A DNA stretch of 64,000 bases from an uncultured cyanobacterium (GTDB taxonomy: Bacteria; Cyanobacteriota; Cyanobacteriia; Phormidesmidales; Phormidesmidaceae): positions 608,001 through 672,000 of the forward strand of contig CAWBZI010000004.1 of the NCBI GenBank assembly GCA_963793265.1, written 5' to 3'. This document shows positions 39,718 to 50,398 of this stretch, piece by piece; the first letter of the stretch is position 1, and the number at the start of each line of letters is the position of its first letter. The position numbers and the translations under genes are program-made. The notes under the pieces are model-generated. The model had not been told where the DNA came from and ran no database searches. It worked only from the letters and a program-made list of their open reading frames with translations.

Positions 39718-40811
39718 GCGAAGCTGTCACTATAACGGTAACACCGCCTGATTTAGCCTTACCTACTGGTACTGCTACGGTGCTTTGCGAAGCGATTACA
39801 GGCTGGCAAATTATAGATGAGCGAGGCAAAGTGCTTACGCTTAGTGACTTGACGGTTTTGATAGGCGATGATCATGATCTGCAGAATCCTTTGAGAGTGG
39901 CGATCGCACTTGAAGAAGCAGGCTTTTGCATTCGCTGGCAAAGTAGCGTTGCTGATAAAGTGCTTGAGCGAAAGAATAAGACCTCTTGCCGCACTGTTTA
40001 TTGTTGGCCAAAAGATCCTACAGTGCTCGCTTTGGTGCCTCATTGGCGGTGCGATCACTGGCTACACCGATGCTTAACGTCACTAATCCAACAAACTCAT
40101 CCGCTCACTCATATCGTTGTCATTGATGACGGCTCGGTATCACCGCCTTTAGAAATTGTGCAAGAATTTCCAAACGTAACGCTGCTGGCTGCGCCTGAGC
40201 GCGTAGGGCCGTATCGGTTAATTCAATCTGCTATTGAAATGACTGACTATACCGCGTACTTGTTTCAGGATGCTGATGACTGGTCAAGCTGCGATCGCCT
40301 AGAGACACTTCTGAAAACAGCTCGAACTAACAGCGCTGAACTGGTAGGTAGTCAAGAAATTCGGGTGATAGAGCCTGCGCTGAGACTGCAATCGGTGGGC
40401 TATCCGTTAGATACGAATGAGGCTTTGAGGCGATCGCCTGGCCACGCGCTGCTACACCCTACAAGCCTGGTTACTCGCAGCTTAGTACAGCGATTGGGTG
40501 GATTTGCAACTGGCCTGATGTTTGGTGGAGACACTGAGTTTTTATTACGGGCACACTGGATCGCTAGGGTTGTGAACAGTTCGCGCTATGGCTACTTTCG
40601 ACGCAAACGGCCTGATTCGTTGACGACTGCTGTAGCCACCGGGCTAGGATCGGTGGCCAGAGAGGCGTTGACCTGTGAAATGAAGCGTGTGGAGGGCGAT
40701 CGCAGACGGGCCTTTTTACAGCAGCAACCGCTGAATTTAAAGCCGTTAAAGCTAGCACCGCCGATAGCGCTCACTCATCTATGGGGGCCGTCGCTGCTAT
40801 GGTCGAAATAG
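39714..40811 (+). CDS. GT2-family glycosyltransferase
   Basis: VIDDGS, FQDADD, GGF...GGDTEF. Confidence 0.85.
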   Translation: MSEAVTITVTPPDLALPTGTATVLCEAITGWQIIDERGKVLTLSDLTVLIGDDHDLQNPLRVAIALEEAGFCIRWQSSVADKVLERKNKTSCRTVYCWPKDPTVLALVPHWRCDHWLHRCLTSLIQQTHPLTHIVVIDDGSVSPPLEIVQEFPNVTLLAAPERVGPYRLIQSAIEMTDYTAYLFQDADDWSSCDRLETLLKTARTNSAELVGSQEIRVIEPALRLQSVGYPLDTNEALRRSPGHALLHPTSLVTRSLVQRLGGFATGLMFGGDTEFLLRAHWIARVVNSSRYGYFRRKRPDSLTTAVATGLGSVAREALTCEMKRVEGDRRRAFLQQQPLNLKPLKLAPPIALTHLWGPSLLWSK

Positions 40812-41596
40812 CGGTAGACATCGTTATTCCCGTGAAAGATCGCGCGACGGTGCTCCGCTGCATTAGCACTTTGTTGTTGCAGATGAAGTTAGTAGAAGCG
40901 TTTAACATCGGTAGAATTTTGCTGTGTGAAGGCGGTTCGAGTGAGCAAGACTGCCTAGAACAGATACATGCGGTGGCTAAGATGCCGCACGTAGAGGTTG
41001 TGAACTGTCGCCACGTAGGATTTAACAAAGGCTGGCTGCTTAATCAAGGCATTCGGTTAGCCACTGCGCAGATTGTGCTAATTTCGGATGTTGATATTTT
41101 GTGGAATGCCGTTGCGCTGAGTGAGCTTTGTCGGGCTGCGTATTTCTCAGAATGCTTTTACCACGTTCAACACGTCGAAGAATCTGAAGCGGATACGGCG
41201 GCTGTGAAGCGATCGCGCTACGCCTACAAAATTCTACAAACCGCTTCGACGCCAACCGTTGAAATATACGACGCTCCTATAAACCGCACCTACCGACCCG
41301 GCTGCGGCCTGATATGTGTACGAAGAAGCCTGCTGCAGCAAGTGGGCGGCTACCGGCACTGCTTTCGAGGGTGGGGATGGGAAGATCAAGATCTCCTCAT
41401 ACGCGCACAGATTTTAGGCCACGCGGTTGAGGCGTTAGGCCGCGTAATGCATCTCTCTCATAGTGATACAGCGCGTAATCAGTTTGACGGGCAGCGCGCA
41501 CCACAGGAAAGTCGCGATCGCAATATTTCTCTTTGCTTGGATGAACTAGCAGCGGGTAGGCTGTTAGGTGATTTGGGCACTAACCACCAGACTTAG
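40799..41596 (+). CDS. GT2/GT7-like glycosyltransferase
   Basis: IVIPVKDR, FNKGWLLN, SDVD, GGY...GWGWEDQD. Confidence 0.85.
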   Translation: MVEIAVDIVIPVKDRATVLRCISTLLLQMKLVEAFNIGRILLCEGGSSEQDCLEQIHAVAKMPHVEVVNCRHVGFNKGWLLNQGIRLATAQIVLISDVDILWNAVALSELCRAAYFSECFYHVQHVEESEADTAAVKRSRYAYKILQTASTPTVEIYDAPINRTYRPGCGLICVRRSLLQQVGGYRHCFRGWGWEDQDLLIRAQILGHAVEALGRVMHLSHSDTARNQFDGQRAPQESRDRNISLCLDELAAGRLLGDLGTNHQT

Positions 41597-41599
41597 ACC

Positions 41600-42334
41600 A
41601 TGCGGCTTACTCTGATTACTCCGTATCGCGATCGCCTCAAGCATCTCACCAATCAGATCGCCTGGTGGCAAACCTTCCCATTCAAGCAATCTGTCGAATG
41701 GATAGTAATAGAAGTTACTGCAAAGCCTACTACCGGACTCGAACAACAACTTTTACAGCATCAAGTTCGATATTTACATGTTCCAAGTGAAGGGCCATTT
41801 CACAAAACAAAGGCTCTGAATTTAGGGTTAGCGCAGGCAAACAGCCCACTGGTCGCCGCTTTTGATGTGGATTTAATTCCGATAGGGCGCACGTTAATAC
41901 GTCATTATGAACTAGCTGAACAGTCACCGCATTTGTTGGTAACTGGCTATCGGCTGATGGCGCAGACGGAGACGGTGGATTTGAGTGAAAGGGGATTGGC
42001 GCGATCGCTTGAGCACTCAACATTAGGCCCAGAAGATCAGCCCTCGGCGCTACGAAAGCATTTGCTGAGCAAAGAGCGGTTTGGTGTGATGCCTTTGTTT
42101 TGGCGCGATCGCCTGCTGGCCATAGGCGGATGGGATGAAGCTTATGTAGGCTGGGGCGCAGAAGACCAGGACTTAATGGAACGCTATTTGGACGCAGAGA
42201 TGTCTCTTTGCAGATTTCCTGATCTGATCTACATGCATTTGCATCACGGGTCTGCTGCCGGTTGGAATGAAGCAGCGTTAGTAGAGAAGAATAGAGCCTA
42301 TTACTACAGCGTTAAGCAGCAGCGAGATTTGTAG
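41600..42334 (+). CDS. GT2/GT7-like glycosyltransferase
   Basis: TPYRDR, FHKTKALNLG, FDVD, GGWDEAYVGWGAEDQD, HLHH. Confidence 0.85.
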   Translation: MRLTLITPYRDRLKHLTNQIAWWQTFPFKQSVEWIVIEVTAKPTTGLEQQLLQHQVRYLHVPSEGPFHKTKALNLGLAQANSPLVAAFDVDLIPIGRTLIRHYELAEQSPHLLVTGYRLMAQTETVDLSERGLARSLEHSTLGPEDQPSALRKHLLSKERFGVMPLFWRDRLLAIGGWDEAYVGWGAEDQDLMERYLDAEMSLCRFPDLIYMHLHHGSAAGWNEAALVEKNRAYYYSVKQQRDL

Positions 42335-42359
42335 TTTCTGTCATCTTGACGAAAGGTGA

Positions 42360-42686
42360 TTATTCGGGAAAGGTGAAGCTTCCGTTTGCTGTCGGCTCAA
42401 ACGCCCAAACCTGAACAACCGCGTCCAGGTTTAGCACGCCGTATAGATGGGGAAATGTGCCGTGTTCTGCCACCTCGTCATAGCGAAGGTCGCTTTGAAG
42501 CCGATTAGGTTCGATGCCGAGTAGCACCAAACCCAATTGCCCCTTATAAAATCGATTAGCCGTTTCTACAACCTGTTCTTTCTTAGACAGATGAATGAAT
42601 CCCTCGGTGGCTAAAGAAGGGGCCTGATAGCTGCCTTTTTCCTTTGCGGCTTGCCAGGAAGATCGCTCGGTGATGTGAAACAGCAT
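42360..42686 (-). CDS. DUF952 family protein
   Basis: FHIT...W, EGFIHLS, FPHLYG. Confidence 0.88.
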   Translation of the reverse strand: MLFHITERSSWQAAKEKGSYQAPSLATEGFIHLSKKEQVVETANRFYKGQLGLVLLGIEPNRLQSDLRYDEVAEHGTFPHLYGVLNLDAVVQVWAFEPTANGSFTFPE

Positions 42687-42717
42687 CGGTTTTAAGGTTG
42701 TAAAGAACCGCTACATT

Positions 42718-43455
42718 CTACAGCTCTTGCTGCGTGGGACGAATGATCATTTCGTTGACGTCAACGTCTTCAGGCTGTTCGATGGCGAAGGTGATGGCGC
42801 GGGCGATCGCATCTGAATTAATCGCTACTGAGTACATTTCGTCTACGTTTTTTGCCGTTTCTTCGTGAGAAATGGTGCTCGTTAGCTCAGTGGCAACGGC
42901 CCCAGGAGAAATATTCGTCGCGCGAATCTCACCGTTTGACTCTAATCGAATACCTTCGGAGATAGCCTTAACTGCAAATTTTGTTGCACAGTAAACCGTA
43001 CCGCCCGGAAACACCTTATGTCCGGCTACCGAAGAAACGTTGATGATATGCCCAGACTTTTGCTCTCTCATCGTCGGCAGCACGGCAGCAATCCCGAACA
43101 ATACGCCTTTTATATTCACATCGACCATTGTTTCCCACTCATCCACCTTTTTCTCATCTAGCGGCGAAAGCGGCATCAGCCCGGCATTATTCACCAATAC
43201 GTCTATGCGACCATACGCCTCAAGCGTCGCTTTAGCCAAAGCTTCTAGCTGATCGCGATCCGTCACATCCGTAATCTGATACTGGGCTGTACCGCCGTCT
43301 TCTTCAATTTTAGAAACAATCGACTTAAGCTGATCCTCTCGTCTGGCTGCGAGCATGAGCTTAGCCCCATTTTTACCCAGGCGGCGCGCGGTGGCTTCAC
43401 CCAAGCCGCTACTAGCACCCGTAATGATCACTACTTTGTCTTTGATCTCAGACAT
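42718..43455 (-). CDS. SDR oxidoreductase
   Basis: [17 protein letters not shown]. Confidence 0.93.
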   Translation of the reverse strand: MSEIKDKVVIITGASSGLGEATARRLGKNGAKLMLAARREDQLKSIVSKIEEDGGTAQYQITDVTDRDQLEALAKATLEAYGRIDVLVNNAGLMPLSPLDEKKVDEWETMVDVNIKGVLFGIAAVLPTMREQKSGHIINVSSVAGHKVFPGGTVYCATKFAVKAISEGIRLESNGEIRATNISPGAVATELTSTISHEETAKNVDEMYSVAINSDAIARAITFAIEQPEDVDVNEMIIRPTQQEL

Positions 43456-43633
43456 AATTTTCTTGCTTTTATGATGGACAGTCATACAGCCTAGTCACTA
43501 AAGAAGAAGCATGACTCTTACCTGCGATAGAGATGTTGCTTTAGATACCGCGCACAGTCTATGGCAAGCTTAAAGTTGTGGGAACTTGCGTTTTTCGCTG
43601 ATAAACTACCTATTTTATTAAGTTGTCGCTTTT

Positions 43634-44557
43634 ATGGCTCAAATAACGGCTCAAGAGGTATTAGCTCATCTACAGGCCAGTCAGTCTATGAAAAACGCCG
43701 AATTAAGCGGCATAGACTTAGCTGGCCTAACGCTAGATAAGGCAGACTTTACAGATGCCTATTTGCGGCGGGCTAAGTTTGTAGCGGCGTCTTGTCAGAG
43801 TGCTGACTTTTCGGGAGCGACGCTGATTATGACTGATTTTCGGCAGGCCGACTTGCAGGCGACGCGACTGGTGAATGCGACGCTGACACACGCTCATTTA
43901 GAGCAGGCTAATTTGGGGCGATCGCAAGCCAGCGGCGCAAAATTCTACGGCGCTTTTGTCACTGAAACTCAGGCGGCAAAGGCCATTTTAGACGAGGCCG
44001 ATTTTCGCGAGGCTAGTGGTTCTGGGTTAAGCCTGGTGGAAGCGAGCTGCGTGGGCACTAACTTTAGCCGGGCTGAGCTAACGGCGGCTTGTTTTGATTC
44101 GGCTAGTTTGGTGCGATCGCAGTGGCAGCAGGCTAACTTATCAGACTCATCATTCGCCAGCGCTAATCTGGAACGTGCCACCTTTGGCGAGGCCACGTTA
44201 ACAGGCACTAACCTCGCAGGGGCAAACGGACTCAATACTGACTTTAGAAAAGCTAACTTGGCTCAAGCCTCTCTCCGCCAGTCTCAGTTTGACTGGGCCG
44301 CGTTTGCAGGTGCGGTGTTGGAGCGTATAGAGGGTCAAAACGGCTCGTTTTTTAACACTGACTTTACCCGCGCTAATTTGCAACAAGCTGACTTTACCGG
44401 GGCCAACTTACAAGAAGCCTGCTTTGAAGATGCTCAGCTAGACGGCGTTTGCTTTGAGCTATGTAACATTCGTGGCGCGCTATTTACCGATGCTACCGGA
44501 CTTTCCTCTAAGCAGCGAAACTGGCTGAAAACCCAAGGCGCGCTCAACGTCGTATAG
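43634..44557 (+). CDS. Pentapeptide repeat protein
   Basis: A(D/N)(L/F)xx repeats across the ORF. Confidence 0.92.
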   Translation: MAQITAQEVLAHLQASQSMKNAELSGIDLAGLTLDKADFTDAYLRRAKFVAASCQSADFSGATLIMTDFRQADLQATRLVNATLTHAHLEQANLGRSQASGAKFYGAFVTETQAAKAILDEADFREASGSGLSLVEASCVGTNFSRAELTAACFDSASLVRSQWQQANLSDSSFASANLERATFGEATLTGTNLAGANGLNTDFRKANLAQASLRQSQFDWAAFAGAVLERIEGQNGSFFNTDFTRANLQQADFTGANLQEACFEDAQLDGVCFELCNIRGALFTDATGLSSKQRNWLKTQGALNVV

Positions 44558-45257
44558 CTTCTGAACTCAGCTCCCGGTGTACGCTGGTGCCAATTTGAAT
44601 GGCCTCATTCAACAGTCTTCCATAATCGCTCGCTTCGTCACTGACGTGCAAAAGCTGTAGCGTCGCCAAATTTCTTTCGATACTCGAGAACATCTCGGCG
44701 CGTCGGGCCATAAATCTTTGGTGCTTACGCATTACGCGCTCGGTCATCAGCCCGCACACCAGGCTTTCGCGCGTCAGGTGCAAAGCCTCCATCACCTCCT
44801 GCCGGTTCTCTAAGTTAAGGCGGCTGTTTTGAGTAGAGCCTAGCTCTTCGAGAATTTCGACGGCATCGACCATTTCGTTAAAGCGGTCAATTTCGTCGAG
44901 TAGGTGGCTAAGGGTGATCAGGCGCTTTCCTTCCTGCCAGCGATAGGTCGTCCAGGTGGCGGTGAGAGCCACTGCGCTAATGCCACCGATGGGGAGCGAT
45001 CGCCATACCGCGCTCACATTGTCTCCACTAACAGCACGCGTGAGCATTAGCATCAGCGGTACGCAAAATATAAGCGCAACGGCGACGGTGAGGAACTGTT
45101 CGCTGAGCCAGGCCAGCCGCCGTTCGGGGGCAAGGGCGTTTTGGCGGTAGGCCCAGCCCATTGTGACCTCGCTGATATCTAGATTGGTGAGGCCATCTAG
45201 CTCGCGTGAGCTAATTCGTAAGCCGTCTAAATCTGTGAGCTTCGTATCTTTGGCCAT
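44544..45257 (-). CDS. Hypothetical two-TM protein with coiled-coil C-terminus
   Basis: Long ORF coupled to the upstream membrane gene. Confidence 0.65.
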   Translation of the reverse strand: MAKDTKLTDLDGLRISSRELDGLTNLDISEVTMGWAYRQNALAPERRLAWLSEQFLTVAVALIFCVPLMLMLTRAVSGDNVSAVWRSLPIGGISAVALTATWTTYRWQEGKRLITLSHLLDEIDRFNEMVDAVEILEELGSTQNSRLNLENRQEVMEALHLTRESLVCGLMTERVMRKHQRFMARRAEMFSSIERNLATLQLLHVSDEASDYGRLLNEAIQIGTSVHRELSSEAIRR

Positions 45258-45258
45258 T

Positions 45259-45945
45259 CTAGTTCCAGCCCGCAAGAATGCCGATTGCGCGGGCTACTTG
45301 AGTGTAAAAGTTGCCGTCGATTTCGGGCCTAAACACTTGAAAGGGTTCACCGTCAAAGCCGAGAAAAGGTCTTAGTGTCCAGCCGAGCTGAGAGCCGACG
45401 AGGCCGTAAAGGAGCATCCAGCCCTGGAGCAAATAGCGGCGGGCGCTGGGTTTGGGCGCATCAGGGCTAGATGACATATCGCGCATTCCTTTGTAGAAGA
45501 GTCGGACGCCGATAGTGCCCGTGACGGCCATGACTAAGACATTGAGCAGTAGAAAGAAGAAGTAATCTTTGACTGAGATTAAGAAGAACAGAATGACGGG
45601 GGCGAAGCTGAACAGCAGAACGCTAATCACCGAGACGGCGGTGAGCGCCATGGTGATGTACTGCCTGAAGTCGAGCTTAGAGCCCGCTAAGATGTCGAAA
45701 AAGTAGAGTGTCGGCAGGCAAATTAATAGCGTTAATAGGTAGAGCGCGGGTAGCTTTATCGCTGAAGAGATGATTTGTAGCCCGCCGCCGTAGGCTCCGA
45801 TAATAGCGCCGTAGATGGCAAAGAATATGCTGCTGGCAACTAGGAGAGAGGCAATTTTACTTTCTAGTTTGGTTTTGCTGCGGACTTCGCTGAGGAATTG
45901 TTTGCGCTCGCGCAGCAGCCGAATGAGGATTGAAAAGTGATTCAT
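45259..45945 (-). CDS. Conserved hypothetical multi-TM protein
   Basis: About five TMs; KLPALY, ICLPTLY, GSQLGWTLRPF. Confidence 0.75.
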   Translation of the reverse strand: MNHFSILIRLLRERKQFLSEVRSKTKLESKIASLLVASSIFFAIYGAIIGAYGGGLQIISSAIKLPALYLLTLLICLPTLYFFDILAGSKLDFRQYITMALTAVSVISVLLFSFAPVILFFLISVKDYFFFLLLNVLVMAVTGTIGVRLFYKGMRDMSSSPDAPKPSARRYLLQGWMLLYGLVGSQLGWTLRPFLGFDGEPFQVFRPEIDGNFYTQVARAIGILAGWN

Positions 45946-46172
45946 GATCTTCAGTATTGTTGTTTAACTGCGTTATTTAATTGCATTGTTGAATCGTACA
46001 GATGTCCCTCGTTTAGGATGCTACAAAAATGGGCGATCGCATTCCGCATCAGGTCAGGAAAAGTATGAAAAAAGGTCTGTGAAAAAGTCGGGTTTAGCCC
46101 AGTACTGCTGCTGCGCGGTAAGCTAAAGAGAACGGGAACCTACCAGCTAATGCAAGCTGTGTTATCAAGCTC

Positions 46173-47546
46173 ATGTCAACTGCGAACTCTCCGCTTAAGC
46201 TCAATACCGACTTAGATTCTAATACGGCAGCAGCGCCTGACGAGCCCAGCTTTGACGCCACAAATCCGCCTGAGCAATCGCTGATAGACGCTTGCGTTCA
46301 CTGCGGCTTTTGCCTGCCGACCTGCCCTAGCTACCGGGTGATTGGTAAAGAAAACGACTCGCCTCGGGGCCGCATTTATTTGATGGATGCGATTAATAAA
46401 GGAGAAGCGCCGCTTTCTGCTGCCTCAGTGAAACATTTTGATAGCTGCTTGGGCTGTTTGGCCTGTACGACGGCCTGTCCTTCGGGGGTGCAGTACGACA
46501 AGTTGATTAGGGAGGTGCGATCGCAGGTGCAGCGGAACTATGTGCGATCGCCCTTCCAAAAAGCCCTTCGTCAGCTCATCTTTTCCCTATTCCCTTATCC
46601 TGATCGCATCCGACTTTTGCTTGCACCGCTAGCGTTCTATCAAAAAACCGGCCTCTCCAAACTTGTTCAATCCAGCGGGCTGCTCAATCGAATCTCTCCA
46701 AACTTAGCCGCGATGGAGCGCTTATTGCCGCCTGTGACCGCAAGCTGCTTTTCAGACAATCTGCCTGAGCTGATTCCTGCCCAAGGAGAGAAGCGCTACC
46801 GTGTTGGCATGATTTTAGGCTGCGTGCAGAGAGTCTTTTTTACGGGCGTAAATAAGGCAACTGCCAGGGTATTGAGTGCGAACGGCTGCGAAATTGTGGT
46901 GCCTAGATCTCAAGGTTGTTGTTCAGCGCTTCCTGAGCACCAGGGCGAAGTGGCTCAAGGGCAGGCGCTAGCTCGGCAGATGATCGATAGCTTTGAAGGC
47001 ACAGACGTTGACTTTGTAATCATCAACGCGGCGGGCTGCGGTCATACCCTGAAGGAGTACGGCCATATTTTGGCAGATGATCCGGCGTATGCGCAGAAGG
47101 CCAAAGACTTTGCGGCGAAAGTACGCGATGTGCAAGAGTTCTTAGCTGAAGTGGGGCTCACGAGTGAGCTACATCCTTTGCAAGATGAGCCTTTAGTCAC
47201 CGTCTATCAAGATGCGTGTCATTTACTTCACGGTCAAAAAATTAGCCGTCAGCCGCGCCAGCTTCTTCAACAGATTCCGGGCATTACGCTACGCGAACCT
47301 CTAGATGCAGCGCTCTGCTGTGGAAGTGCGGGCGTCTACAACATGCTTCAGCCTGAAGTGGCCGCTGAGCTGGGGCAAATGAAGGCAACAGCCCTGGTGA
47401 ATACGGGCGCTACGCTGATTGCTTCTTCTAATCCAGGATGTTCTTTGCAAATAAAACAGTCTTTAGAAAAGCAGGGTAAGACAGTTTTGTTGAAACATCC
47501 TATGCAGCTATTAGATGCTTCTATTCGAGGCGATCGCTTAGAATAG
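46173..47546 (+). CDS. glcF: Glycolate oxidase Fe-S subunit
   Basis: CVHCGFCLPTCP, CLGCLACTTACP, two CCG domains. Confidence 0.88.
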   Translation: MSTANSPLKLNTDLDSNTAAAPDEPSFDATNPPEQSLIDACVHCGFCLPTCPSYRVIGKENDSPRGRIYLMDAINKGEAPLSAASVKHFDSCLGCLACTTACPSGVQYDKLIREVRSQVQRNYVRSPFQKALRQLIFSLFPYPDRIRLLLAPLAFYQKTGLSKLVQSSGLLNRISPNLAAMERLLPPVTASCFSDNLPELIPAQGEKRYRVGMILGCVQRVFFTGVNKATARVLSANGCEIVVPRSQGCCSALPEHQGEVAQGQALARQMIDSFEGTDVDFVIINAAGCGHTLKEYGHILADDPAYAQKAKDFAAKVRDVQEFLAEVGLTSELHPLQDEPLVTVYQDACHLLHGQKISRQPRQLLQQIPGITLREPLDAALCCGSAGVYNMLQPEVAAELGQMKATALVNTGATLIASSNPGCSLQIKQSLEKQGKTVLLKHPMQLLDASIRGDRLE

Positions 47547-47572
47547 TTTTGTGCTGGAAGAACTAGCAGCGG

Positions 47573-48018
47573 CTATTGGCTGTCTGCTCTCAGATCTTCG
47601 ATCTCAGCGATTGCTAGGCCGGTCGTTTGGCTGATGGTTTCGATAGGAAGCTGGTTTAGAAGCGATCGCGCTATTTCTGGCTGTTCTGTTCTCTTCCCTT
47701 CTGCTCGTCCTTCTGCTCGTCTTTCCATTCTAGAAGTATCGACGACGTTATTAAGATCTCGATAGTACTTGAGGCTATCCTGATAGCTGTCTTGCTCAAC
47801 CCGAGTGAAGTTAGCAATCTCAGCGATTTCAAAGAGTTGAAGGAAAATAGGATCTTGGAAAGGGCGGGGCTGAGGCATCTATCTCAGGTAGATAGATGCC
47901 TCAGCAAAAAAAGCCATTTGTCCTGCTTCGTTTCTAGCTGGTCAAGCGACTTATTGAACTTGGGCAGTTCAATGTAAATGAACTTTAGTTTGTCATAAAA
48001 CACATCGCAGTGCTGATC
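47573..48018 (-). pseudogene. Rpn / PD-(D/E)XK nuclease-transposase family C-terminal fragment, frameshifted
   Basis: VFYDKLKFIYIELPKFNK...DKWLFLLRHL, then FQDPIF...YQDSLKYYRDLNNVVDTS...EGRAEG...TTGL; N-terminus missing. Confidence 0.8.
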
Positions 48019-48129
48019 TAAAAAAACTTGAACAATATTACGGTGTCTGAGCTGGCAGCAGGTTTATTTTGCCTGCCTAAGCTGAAGTTACCAGTTACAC
48101 TTTATTAAAGATATATAAAGGAGAGTTGA

Positions 48130-48498
48130 GTGGCCAATCTGACGCTAGTTATTAGCAATTTGCGAAACCAAAAGGGCGAAGTTTGTGTGGCTTTGTTTGA
48201 AAGCAAAGACGGATTCCCGGAAGACGATACGCAGGCTATTTGCAATAACTGTTTTGCAATTTCAGAGCTACCGATGACTATTAGCTTTGAGGTTCCTTAC
48301 GGTAGCTACGCGGCGAGCGTGCTGCACGATGAAAACAAAGACGGTGAGCTGAATACAGGGATGCTAGGTATTCCTAAAGAGGGTATTGGGTTCTCTAATG
48401 ATCCACGGATTATCAAAGGAACGCCTAGCTTTAAAAAGACCCGTTTTGAGTTTAGTGAGGAAACTTCAGAGGTGGAGATAGCGGTTAAGTACTTTTAG
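48130..48498 (+). CDS. DUF2141 family protein
   Basis: HDENKDGELNT...GIPKEGIGFSND. Confidence 0.85.
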   Translation: MANLTLVISNLRNQKGEVCVALFESKDGFPEDDTQAICNNCFAISELPMTISFEVPYGSYAASVLHDENKDGELNTGMLGIPKEGIGFSNDPRIIKGTPSFKKTRFEFSEETSEVEIAVKYF

Positions 48499-48512
48499 GT
48501 GATTGCGTACCG

Positions 48513-49145
48513 CTACTGGGTGCCAAACATGCGATCGCCCGCATCCCCCAATCCTGGCAAGATGTAGCCATGCTCATCTAGTTTGTCATCAATTGCAGCC
48601 GTGAAAATCGGCACGTCAGGGTGCTCGGCATGAAAGCTAGCAATGCCTTCGGGCGCAGCTAACAGGCAGACGAACTTGATTGACTGCGGCTGCGTTTCTT
48701 TGAGCCGATGGACGGCGGCGATCGCTGAATTTCCGGTAGCGATCATCGGGTCAACAATGAGCATTTCTCGCTCGTGAACGTCGCTTGGCACTTTGAAGTA
48801 GTATTCAACGGGCACAAGCGTTCTAGGGTCGCGGTAGAGGCCAATATGCCCGACCCGAGCCGATGGCATCAGCTTTAACATGCCGTCTAAAATGCCTTGA
48901 CCCGCGCGCATAATCGAAATGAGCACCAGCTTTTTGCCCAAGAGCACAGGCGCGTTCATCGTAGCAAAAGGGGTTTCGATAGAGACTTTCTCAAGCGGCA
49001 GATCGCGTGTGACTTCGTAGGCGAGTAACATGCTGATCTCTTCTAAAAGCTGCCTAAACTTAGCGGTGCTGGTGCCCTTTTGCCGCATTAGGGTGAGCTT
49101 GTGCTGAATGAGCGGATGTTCGATGAGGGTGACTGAGTTGTTCAT
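48513..49145 (-). CDS. upp: Uracil phosphoribosyltransferase
   Basis: [32 protein letters not shown]. Confidence 0.95.
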   Translation of the reverse strand: MNNSVTLIEHPLIQHKLTLMRQKGTSTAKFRQLLEEISMLLAYEVTRDLPLEKVSIETPFATMNAPVLLGKKLVLISIMRAGQGILDGMLKLMPSARVGHIGLYRDPRTLVPVEYYFKVPSDVHEREMLIVDPMIATGNSAIAAVHRLKETQPQSIKFVCLLAAPEGIASFHAEHPDVPIFTAAIDDKLDEHGYILPGLGDAGDRMFGTQ

Positions 49146-49165
49146 GGAAAGGCTCGTGTTTTGAA

Positions 49166-50392
49166 TCAAAAGACCGTACCGTCACTCTGAATCGAGATTG
49201 GTGGAGCCCCAGTAGATCTAAGCTGTTTGGCAATGCGACGGCCTGCGGCCCAGGTGCCGCCTTCGAGCACTTTGATGAGAGGGAGGTCTTCGGCGGACTT
49301 GTCGAGAATTTCGCGGACGCGATCGCCCACCAAGTCCAACATTACAATCGTCAGCGCTCGCCATTCAACAACAACTGGAGAACCGGGCAAATGCGACCCT
49401 CTAGTAACGGCTGGATGCTTGGGAATAAGTAGACCTAAATCTACGCAAAGCCCGCCGTTGCGATACTCGGCTAGCCCGGTGAGCGCATTCAAGTTTATGA
49501 CGGTGATGCCCGCTGCGGCCAAGGGCTCAACCAGGGAATAGGTGAGCCATTGAGAGAGTTTATGAAAGGGGACTAGGTTGCCGCCTACAGTAGTTTCGTC
49601 GAGGCTAGGGTGAGGCCATACGTCGCCCAAGTTGGTTTGAGCGATGCTGATTCGACCAGGCCAGATTGTGCCAAAGCTCTCTAGAACTTCGCTGAGGAGT
49701 TTACCAGCGTCTAAGGTAGATTCTGGTGTAACAATCTCTTCTGCTGTCCAGTAGTCCAACAAATCGCTGGGTCTTGCTCGGATTTTATTAAAGCGATCGC
49801 CCTGCGCTTCCATCGCGGTTCCTAGCTGCTGCAAAAGCTGTAATCGACCGCTGAGCCCTACGAGCGGATTTTCATTACTAACCTGAAAGACGGCGGCAAG
49901 GTCGGTTGGCGTAAGCGCCTGTAGCTTCTTTGCATCCACCTGGTACGGTGACGCTGGATTAGACGAAAATACGCCCTGTTCAAAAGCGCGCAGACTAGCG
50001 ACAGCCAATCCTTCTGAGCGATTGAGCGTCTGCTGCCCATCTCGATAGTGCCACTGGCTTCCGGCCCCTGCGTCTAGTAACACGCTAACAATAGCCAGAT
50101 CAATTTGTGATCGCGCCCTTCCCTTCTTCAACTTCTCATTCAACTGTTCTAATCGCGGCACACCACCTACATTAAAGTGACGCCAGCGGCTATGAAAGGG
50201 CACGTCAAAGTTGGGATAAAACTGCTGCGTGGTTTCAACAACGTAGGCAGCTACTTTGTCTAATTTGGAGAGATCGCACCTGAAATGTTCGAGCTGATCG
50301 GCCTGGCATAGCTCAAAAAGCTGCCCGGCGCGATCGCGAATAGCTTGCGGGCTTCTAAGATAGGCGATCGCGGATTGTTCTTCTGTTGACAT
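49166..50392 (-). CDS. URC4/Urg3 (DUF1688) family protein
   Basis: [42 protein letters not shown]. Confidence 0.9.
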   Translation of the reverse strand: MSTEEQSAIAYLRSPQAIRDRAGQLFELCQADQLEHFRCDLSKLDKVAAYVVETTQQFYPNFDVPFHSRWRHFNVGGVPRLEQLNEKLKKGRARSQIDLAIVSVLLDAGAGSQWHYRDGQQTLNRSEGLAVASLRAFEQGVFSSNPASPYQVDAKKLQALTPTDLAAVFQVSNENPLVGLSGRLQLLQQLGTAMEAQGDRFNKIRARPSDLLDYWTAEEIVTPESTLDAGKLLSEVLESFGTIWPGRISIAQTNLGDVWPHPSLDETTVGGNLVPFHKLSQWLTYSLVEPLAAAGITVINLNALTGLAEYRNGGLCVDLGLLIPKHPAVTRGSHLPGSPVVVEWRALTIVMLDLVGDRVREILDKSAEDLPLIKVLEGGTWAAGRRIAKQLRSTGAPPISIQSDGTVF

Positions 50393-50398
50393 ATGCGC

